Source: an uncultured bacterium
Lineage (GTDB): Bacteria > Zhuqueibacterota > QNDG01 > DSAB01
Assembly: GCA_964614115.1 (NCBI GenBank)
Contig: CAZTKR010000001.1
Location: forward strand, 10,614 to 74,613
Length of the DNA stretch: 64,000 nt
Reading direction: 5' to 3'
In this document: one piece after another, positions 59,401-64,000 of the stretch
Layout of the letters: each line of letters starts with the position of its first letter
How positions within the stretch are numbered: the stretch's first letter is position 1
The notes under the pieces: generated by a model
The model's database searches: none
Seen by the model: only the letters and a program-made list of their open reading frames with translations
What the model was told of the DNA's origin: nothing
Made by a program: the position numbers and the translations under genes

Positions 59401-59746
59401 CGGCGGTGATGAGCTTCCGTGGGAGTTCCAGTACTTCGGGATGGGACCGGTCATCGGTACGCGCTCGTGGGGCGGATTGGTCGGCGTGTCGATGTTCCTT
59501 GAGATGATCGACGGCGGCGGTCTGACGGCGCCCGATTACCGCATCTACGACCCCAACGGCAAGTGGATCGTGGAGAACGTGGGTGTTCAGCCCGACATCG
59601 TCATCGACCTTCACCCGTTGGAAATGGCTCGGGGACATGATGCCCAGTTGTGGAAGGGCGTCGAGGTTTTGATGGAGAACATCGAACGTGATCCACAGAC
59701 CTGGCCGAAGCACGAACCGTTTCCCGTGGACAGGCTGAAGGAATAG
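56462..59746 (+). CDS. Tricorn protease homolog (S41 family; beta-propellers plus PDZ plus C-terminal peptidase domain)
   Basis: 1094 aa. Signal peptide. TolB-like N-terminal propeller repeats (FSPDG...DVYV). C-terminal S41 catalytic region (GRFNGGG, Ser/His/Glu context). Confidence 0.9.
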   Translation: MDKTQRSITMRIIGMMILLVFFSIGFGTARSTENRPLMRFPDIHDNTVVFVYGEDIWKAPAAGGVAVRLTIHDGEERFPKFSPDGTMIAFTGEYDGNSDVYVMSVHGGDITRVTYHPAYDRVVGWHPTKNKIMFISRRTHFRFLRLYLISPDGTGMEEMILHNIAQGSFSPDGKKVAYNKVARENRTWKRYEGGTAQEVYLYDLESNKETNLTQFRGTDRIPMWIGDKIYFSSDRDRVLNIYSVDPVTGTIEQITQHSEFDVRRPSEGGHTIVYELGGSLWMLDVNTKETQQIPIQIKTDVPEVRPELIDVSEHIQGFDISPSGQRALVVARGEVFTVPKKDGPIRNLTLDSGSRDKDAVWSPDGKRIAYFSDKDGEYDLYLVDPRGKTEAVRLTQYEDGYRHTLRWSPNSKKIAFTDQTLALYVLDMATKKVIRVDKAEFENIDVSLDLKPIYDFAWSPDSRYIAYSMMNHDLVYQIAIYDLDTGKIHRVSNELFNDFHPVFSRDGKRLFFISNRRFNPTFCDFEWEMVYKKTSGIYCMTLQKDVGPFLSLNSDEESEGESDAKSTKKKKANLAIDFDGIVDRVEALPLPRGNYRYLAAGESALFYLNRDEGDFNRFEFRVPETMTLYAYDFESREEGVVIQEINGYKLSADGSHIVYRQGDALGIIASSARNSHGEPMDLANLKMWLHPKAEWAQIFNEAWRMERDFYYEPNMHGLDWNAMKEKYGQLIPYASCRRDIQFIVGELIGELNTSHTYVYGGDLRREAEGIDVGMLGADYEVDEAANRYRFKKILSVPGWTRAIFPPLAKPGLNVQEGDYLLSVNGEEVTADRNIYSYFQDLAEKQVILLINDKPAKQGAREIAVEPLDDENALRYLDWVEHNRRTVEKASDGQIGYIHLPDTYTSSAREFPKYFYGQTRKKGLIIDGRFNGGGLDPAIFLQRLQKKAWSYWTRRYSHDQTSPQHSVNAHMVCLTNRQAGSGGDELPWEFQYFGMGPVIGTRSWGGLVGVSMFLEMIDGGGLTAPDYRIYDPNGKWIVENVGVQPDIVIDLHPLEMARGHDAQLWKGVEVLMENIERDPQTWPKHEPFPVDRLKE

Positions 59747-59827
59747 TCCAGACATCGTATTTATAGCAGGGGTGATGGATGTATTACCTCTGTCGTTTTT
59801 ATCCTATGTTATTGGAGAGGAGTGGTT

Positions 59828-61552
59828 ATGGTGTGGCGTAAGATTTTTATGATCAATATAGTTGTATTATGTGCGTGTGTATCTCTCGCCTATCCCCAGC
59901 AGGCCAACATCACCGAGCGAGACATCGTCTTTCCCGTCTATGCCCGGAATGGCATGGTGGTGACCAGCGAGCCCACAGCCACGAAGATCGGCACATCCAT
60001 ACTCCAACAGGGAGGCAATGCCGTGGATGCAGCCGTGGCCGTGGGGTTTGCTCTGGCTGTAACGCTTCCCAGGGCCGGGAATATCGGCGGCGGTGGTTTT
60101 ATGATGGTCTATTCATCGGATGGCGGGCGGGTGACGGCCATCGATTACCGGGAAAAGGCCCCGGGCCGAGCCCATCGAGACATGTACCTTGACGAGGACG
60201 GACACGTCGATACAGACCGTGTTCAGTACAGCCACCTGGCGTCGGGCGTTCCCGGCACGGTCGCGGGACTGGCGCTGGCTTTGGAGACGTATGGGACAAT
60301 GTCGCTGGAGCAAGTCATAACTCCGGCCATCGAAGTTGCCGAGAAGGGGTTCGAGGTGACACCCTGGTTCAGCGAGGGCATCAAACATCGGGCGGAACGA
60401 TTCAGGAAGCACGCGTCGACACGGGAGGTCTTCTTCAAGCCCGACGGGAGCTTCTATGAACCCGGCGATGTGTTCGTTCAAAGAGACCTGGCCAGGACGC
60501 TGAGGCTAATCGCCCGGCAGGGGCCGGATGCTTTTTACCGGGGCGAGATTGCCGACCTCATCACCGCAGAGATGGAACGGCACGGCGGGTGGATCACGAA
60601 AGAAGACCTTGCCGCATACCGTCCGGCCGTCCGGCAGCCTGTCTCCGGGATTTACCGGGGCTACCAGGTGTTTTCCATGCCGCCACCCAGTTCGGGAGGC
60701 GTCCACATCATACAAATGCTCAACATCCTGGAGGGATTCGATCTGAAGGCTTCGGGTCACAACGCCGCAGTCACGATTCATCTGATGACCGAGACGATGA
60801 AGCGGGCCTATGCCGACCGGTCCAGGTATCTAGGTGATCCCGATTTCGGCGATGTGCCCGTGGAGGGACTGACGTCCAAGGCCTATGCATCGGCCTTGCG
60901 AGAGCAGATCGATCCGTCGAAAGTCACGCCCAGCCAGGACATCGCGCCGGGGACGCCCCCGGGCTATGAGAGTCCCGAGACGACCCATTTTTCCATCGTC
61001 GACAAGGACGGAAACGTCGTGTCCAACACGTACACGATCAACTTCAGCTACGGATCGGGTATCGTGGTCCAGGGTGCCGGTTTTCTCCTGAACAACGAGA
61101 TGGACGACTTCAGCGCCAAGCCCGGCGTGCCCAACGACGACGGACTCATCGGTGCAGACACCAACGCCATTGCGCCCAATAAGCGCATGCTGAGCTCCAT
61201 GACACCCACTATCGTTCTCAAGGAGGGGAAACCGTTTCTGGTCACCGGAAGTCCCGGCGGCTCCCGCATCATCACGACGACACTCCAGGTCATCCTGAAC
61301 GTCATCGATCATGGAATGAATGTCCAGGAAGCGGTGAACGCACCGCGGATGCATCATCAGTGGTTGCCCGATCGAATACGCATGGAGGAAGGCTTCAGCG
61401 CCGACACCATCCACATCCTAAAATCCATGGGATACGATGTCGTCACCGGTACGGCCATGGGATCGGCCAACAGCATACTCATCGATCATCAGACAGGATT
61501 TTTATACGGTGCCGTGGATCCCAGGAGGCATGGATTGGTCATGGGTTATTAA
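59828..61552 (+). CDS. ggt: Gamma-glutamyltranspeptidase
   Basis: Signal peptide. Nucleophile TTHFSIVD. GGT family motifs (PPSSGG, GSPGGSRII). GGAGAGG RBS 7 nt before ATG 59828. Confidence 0.9.
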   Translation: MVWRKIFMINIVVLCACVSLAYPQQANITERDIVFPVYARNGMVVTSEPTATKIGTSILQQGGNAVDAAVAVGFALAVTLPRAGNIGGGGFMMVYSSDGGRVTAIDYREKAPGRAHRDMYLDEDGHVDTDRVQYSHLASGVPGTVAGLALALETYGTMSLEQVITPAIEVAEKGFEVTPWFSEGIKHRAERFRKHASTREVFFKPDGSFYEPGDVFVQRDLARTLRLIARQGPDAFYRGEIADLITAEMERHGGWITKEDLAAYRPAVRQPVSGIYRGYQVFSMPPPSSGGVHIIQMLNILEGFDLKASGHNAAVTIHLMTETMKRAYADRSRYLGDPDFGDVPVEGLTSKAYASALREQIDPSKVTPSQDIAPGTPPGYESPETTHFSIVDKDGNVVSNTYTINFSYGSGIVVQGAGFLLNNEMDDFSAKPGVPNDDGLIGADTNAIAPNKRMLSSMTPTIVLKEGKPFLVTGSPGGSRIITTTLQVILNVIDHGMNVQEAVNAPRMHHQWLPDRIRMEEGFSADTIHILKSMGYDVVTGTAMGSANSILIDHQTGFLYGAVDPRRHGLVMGY

Positions 61553-61656
61553 GTTGTCATCGTTCATGATATAAATAGAATGATGGTTCAGCATATAAAG
61601 TTGAAGAGTCATGGTGGTGGTCGTTTTAATAACGAGGATTTTCAGGAGGAAATGTC

Positions 61657-64000
61657 ATGAAACGGATCGTATGGACGATCCTGTGTGTCGTCCCCATATT
61701 CCTGTTCGGTCAAACAAAAGTCGATGTTCTGGTGTCCAGACTGGACGCCCTGAGTCAGATGCCGTTGCATAACTGGAAGTACACGACGCGTATCACAGGG
61801 AGCCAGAAAGAGGTGTCCGAGTACAGCCAGCCCGGTTTCGACGATTCGGACTGGGAAGACCTGAGCCTCGGTCAATCCGTCTACGTCGATTCCTGCTGGA
61901 TGAGGAAGGAAATCGTGCTGCCCAGGTACATAGCAGGCGTTCCGGTGGAAGGGTTTATCCAATTTCTCGTGTCCGTGGACGATTACGGGCACCTCTGGAT
62001 CAACGGAGAGAGCCGGGGCCATTTCCCGTGGGACGGCGAGTTCGAGTTGGTCCGGAATGCCGAGCCAGGGATGACCCTGGTCCTGCTGATCCGGGCCATC
62101 AACACCGGAGGGCCTCTGCGGCTGATTCGGGCCAAGGCCACATCCGACGCTATGGCACCGACGCAGCAGAAGATACAGGACTTCGTGCTCGGTCTCCGTG
62201 TCGGCCAGAAGCTGCTGGGATTCGATACGTATCAGACCAATGCCAGGGTAAGGACGGATCCGGGTGTCGACAAATCAAGGATGGATAGGGAGGAGAAGAA
62301 GAGACTGAGCGACCTGCTCCAGCGTATCACGGAAGAAATCGATGTCCACGCCCTGGCAGACGGAGGCATGTCACGGTTCTGGCGGTCGGTTGATGTTTTC
62401 CACGCCAAGGCGAAGCCAGTCTCGGAGTTTGTCCGGCGGTTTACCCTGTATTTCGATTCCAATGCCCACATCGATGCGGCCTGGCTGTGGCGGTCGAAAG
62501 AGACCATCGAAGTCTGCAACAGGACGTTTGGTTCGGTCATGAATATGATGAACGTCCGGCCGGACTTCACGTATACCCAGAGCCAGGCAGCGTTGTACGA
62601 TTGGATGGTTCGGTATTATCCCGATCTGTTTCGCCAGATTCAAGAGCGGGAGAAGGAAGGGCGATGGGAAATCATCGGAGGCATGTGGGTGGAGCCGGAC
62701 TGCAACCTGCCCGGCGGGGTGTCGTGGGCCCGGCAGCTCCTGTACGGGCAGAAATTCTTCCAGAAGCATTTCGGCAATACAGTTCAAATCGGATGGAATC
62801 CCGATTCCTTCGGATACAACTGGAATATGCCTCAGTTTTTCCTGAACGCGGGCATCGATGCGTTCATCACCCAGAAGATCGGCTGGAACGACACCAGCGT
62901 GTTCCCGTACCGTGCCTTCTGGTGGCAGGCCCCGGACGGCTCCCGCATCCTGGCATACTTTCCCTTCAGCTATGTCGACCGCATCGAGAATCCCTTCCGG
63001 CTGGTGGATTGGCTGCGCCAGTTCGAGGCCAACACGGGTTTTACCAAGCTCATGATTCTTTTTGGTGTGGGCGACCACGGAGGCGGCCCCTCCCTGGAGA
63101 TGATGGAACGCATCGACCGGCTGAAGACCGTGGATATTTTTCCTGAGGTGGTGTTTGGGACGGCCACCCAGTACCTGACATGGATGAAGGATCAAGACCT
63201 TTCCGACCTGCCGGTGTGGGAGAGCGAACTTTATCTCGAATACCATCGCGGCACGTACACGACGCAGGCGAACACGAAAAAATGGAACCGGAGGTCGGAG
63301 GTTCTGCTGACGAATGCCGAGAAGTTCTCTGCCTTGGCGACGATGGCAGGCCGGCCCTACAATCAACCTGATTTGGAAGAAGCCTGGCAGACGGTATGCT
63401 TCAATCAGTTCCATGACATCCTGCCCGGTTCCAGCATTCGAGAAGTTTATTTCGATGCCGACAAATCCTACCGCGAGGCGCACGTCATTGGAAAGCATGA
63501 ACTCATGGGAGCGTTGAAGGCAATCGCCAAGCAGATCGATACGGAGGGTCTTCCCCAGGGCAAGCCCGTTGTTGTGTTCAATCCCCTTGCCTGGAATCGC
63601 ACGGACATGGCCAAAGTACGGCTGGCCGCGGGGGATGCGGATGACTATGCTGTTTATGATCAGGCAGGAAAGGAAATACCGTCCCAGATCGTCGCTCAAG
63701 GTAAGTATCATCGGGACGTCTTGTTCGTGGCCGAGGATGTGCCTTCCCTGGGTTACGAGGTGTATGTCTTACGAACCGGGAAACCGACGATAAAGAAATC
63801 TGCTTTCAAAGTATCCGAAACCACACTGGAGAATGAGATATTTAGGGTGACCGTCGATACGGACTCCGGATGGATTGAGAGCATTCTGGACAAACGCAGC
63901 GGCCGGGAGCTGCTGGACGGGTACGGAAATCGTCTCCAGCTTTTCGAGGATAAGCCCACGGCCTGGGATGCGTGGAACATCGGCCTGGGTACGGAGTATC
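61657..64000 (+). CDS. Glycoside hydrolase family 38 alpha-mannosidase, secreted (3' end beyond the window)
   Basis: Signal peptide MKRIVWTILCVVPIFLFG. GH38 N-terminal catalytic motifs SNAHIDAAWLW, GGMWVEPDCNLPGG, FGVGDHGGGP, YLEYHRGTYTTQ. The frame is open to the window end. It is absent from the ORF track because it has no stop. AGGAGG RBS. Confidence 0.85.
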   Translation, partial: MKRIVWTILCVVPIFLFGQTKVDVLVSRLDALSQMPLHNWKYTTRITGSQKEVSEYSQPGFDDSDWEDLSLGQSVYVDSCWMRKEIVLPRYIAGVPVEGFIQFLVSVDDYGHLWINGESRGHFPWDGEFELVRNAEPGMTLVLLIRAINTGGPLRLIRAKATSDAMAPTQQKIQDFVLGLRVGQKLLGFDTYQTNARVRTDPGVDKSRMDREEKKRLSDLLQRITEEIDVHALADGGMSRFWRSVDVFHAKAKPVSEFVRRFTLYFDSNAHIDAAWLWRSKETIEVCNRTFGSVMNMMNVRPDFTYTQSQAALYDWMVRYYPDLFRQIQEREKEGRWEIIGGMWVEPDCNLPGGVSWARQLLYGQKFFQKHFGNTVQIGWNPDSFGYNWNMPQFFLNAGIDAFITQKIGWNDTSVFPYRAFWWQAPDGSRILAYFPFSYVDRIENPFRLVDWLRQFEANTGFTKLMILFGVGDHGGGPSLEMMERIDRLKTVDIFPEVVFGTATQYLTWMKDQDLSDLPVWESELYLEYHRGTYTTQANTKKWNRRSEVLLTNAEKFSALATMAGRPYNQPDLEEAWQTVCFNQFHDILPGSSIREVYFDADKSYREAHVIGKHELMGALKAIAKQIDTEGLPQGKPVVVFNPLAWNRTDMAKVRLAAGDADDYAVYDQAGKEIPSQIVAQGKYHRDVLFVAEDVPSLGYEVYVLRTGKPTIKKSAFKVSETTLENEIFRVTVDTDSGWIESILDKRSGRELLDGYGNRLQLFEDKPTAWDAWNIGLGTEY

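Overview
This is a 64-kb window of a moderately high-GC diderm (Gram-negative type) bacterial chromosome, probably an uncultured, protein-degrading lineage. I read it as 47 protein-coding genes and no rRNA, tRNA, CRISPR array or mobile-element genes. Nearly all genes lie on the + strand; three genes at about 11.9-15.2 kb lie on the - strand. Diderm evidence is three SurA-type chaperones, a TolB-like propeller peptidase, lipoboxes and a putative outer-membrane barrel. Taxonomy cannot be fixed from sequence alone; the gene content fits FCB-superphylum, Gemmatimonadota or Latescibacteria-like organisms.

The window opens with the origin-proximal housekeeping block yidC (3' part), mnmE, mnmG, rsmG and mfd. 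Three tandem parvulin-type periplasmic chaperones follow.

The rest is dominated by exported hydrolases carrying Sec, Tat or lipoprotein signals. These include two TolB-propeller S9 peptidases, a tricorn-type S41 protease and gamma-glutamyltransferase. M19, M24 and M28 peptidases are present, along with five amidohydrolase-superfamily genes, D-aminoacylase and formamidase. Two MBL hydrolases and a GH38 alpha-mannosidase cut by the window end complete the set.

A contiguous peptide and D-amino-acid catabolic block sits at 32.3-40.5 kb. In order it encodes an M24 aminopeptidase, a Tat-exported class V PLP enzyme, D-aminoacylase and a class I aminotransferase. An aldo/keto reductase, RidA and a serine-racemase-like dehydratase follow.

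The most unusual element is a single - strand gene at 13989-15215. It fuses about 190 aa of pentapeptide repeats to a C-terminal TIR (NADase-type) domain. It is followed by the only strongly AT-rich stretch in the window (15216-15693) and has no recognisable Shine-Dalgarno sequence, which suggests horizontal acquisition and a candidate one-gene defense module.

Other notable structure:
- A 15-nt perfect-palindrome-containing repeat (TGTTCCACGTGGAAC) occurs twice, flanking mnmG.
- A palindromic box (TTATCATGATAA) sits upstream of two of three tandem amidohydrolase paralogs. Those two have lost the HxH metal-binding motif.
- Two orphan paralogous STAS proteins are present.
- An M28 peptidase is fused to a polytopic membrane domain, and next to it lies a Tat-signal 4Fe-4S protein with a CxCCGCCC cluster.
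- A roughly 490-bp non-coding region contains a consensus TTGACA -35 box.

No rRNA, tRNA, CRISPR, transposase or integrase was recognised.
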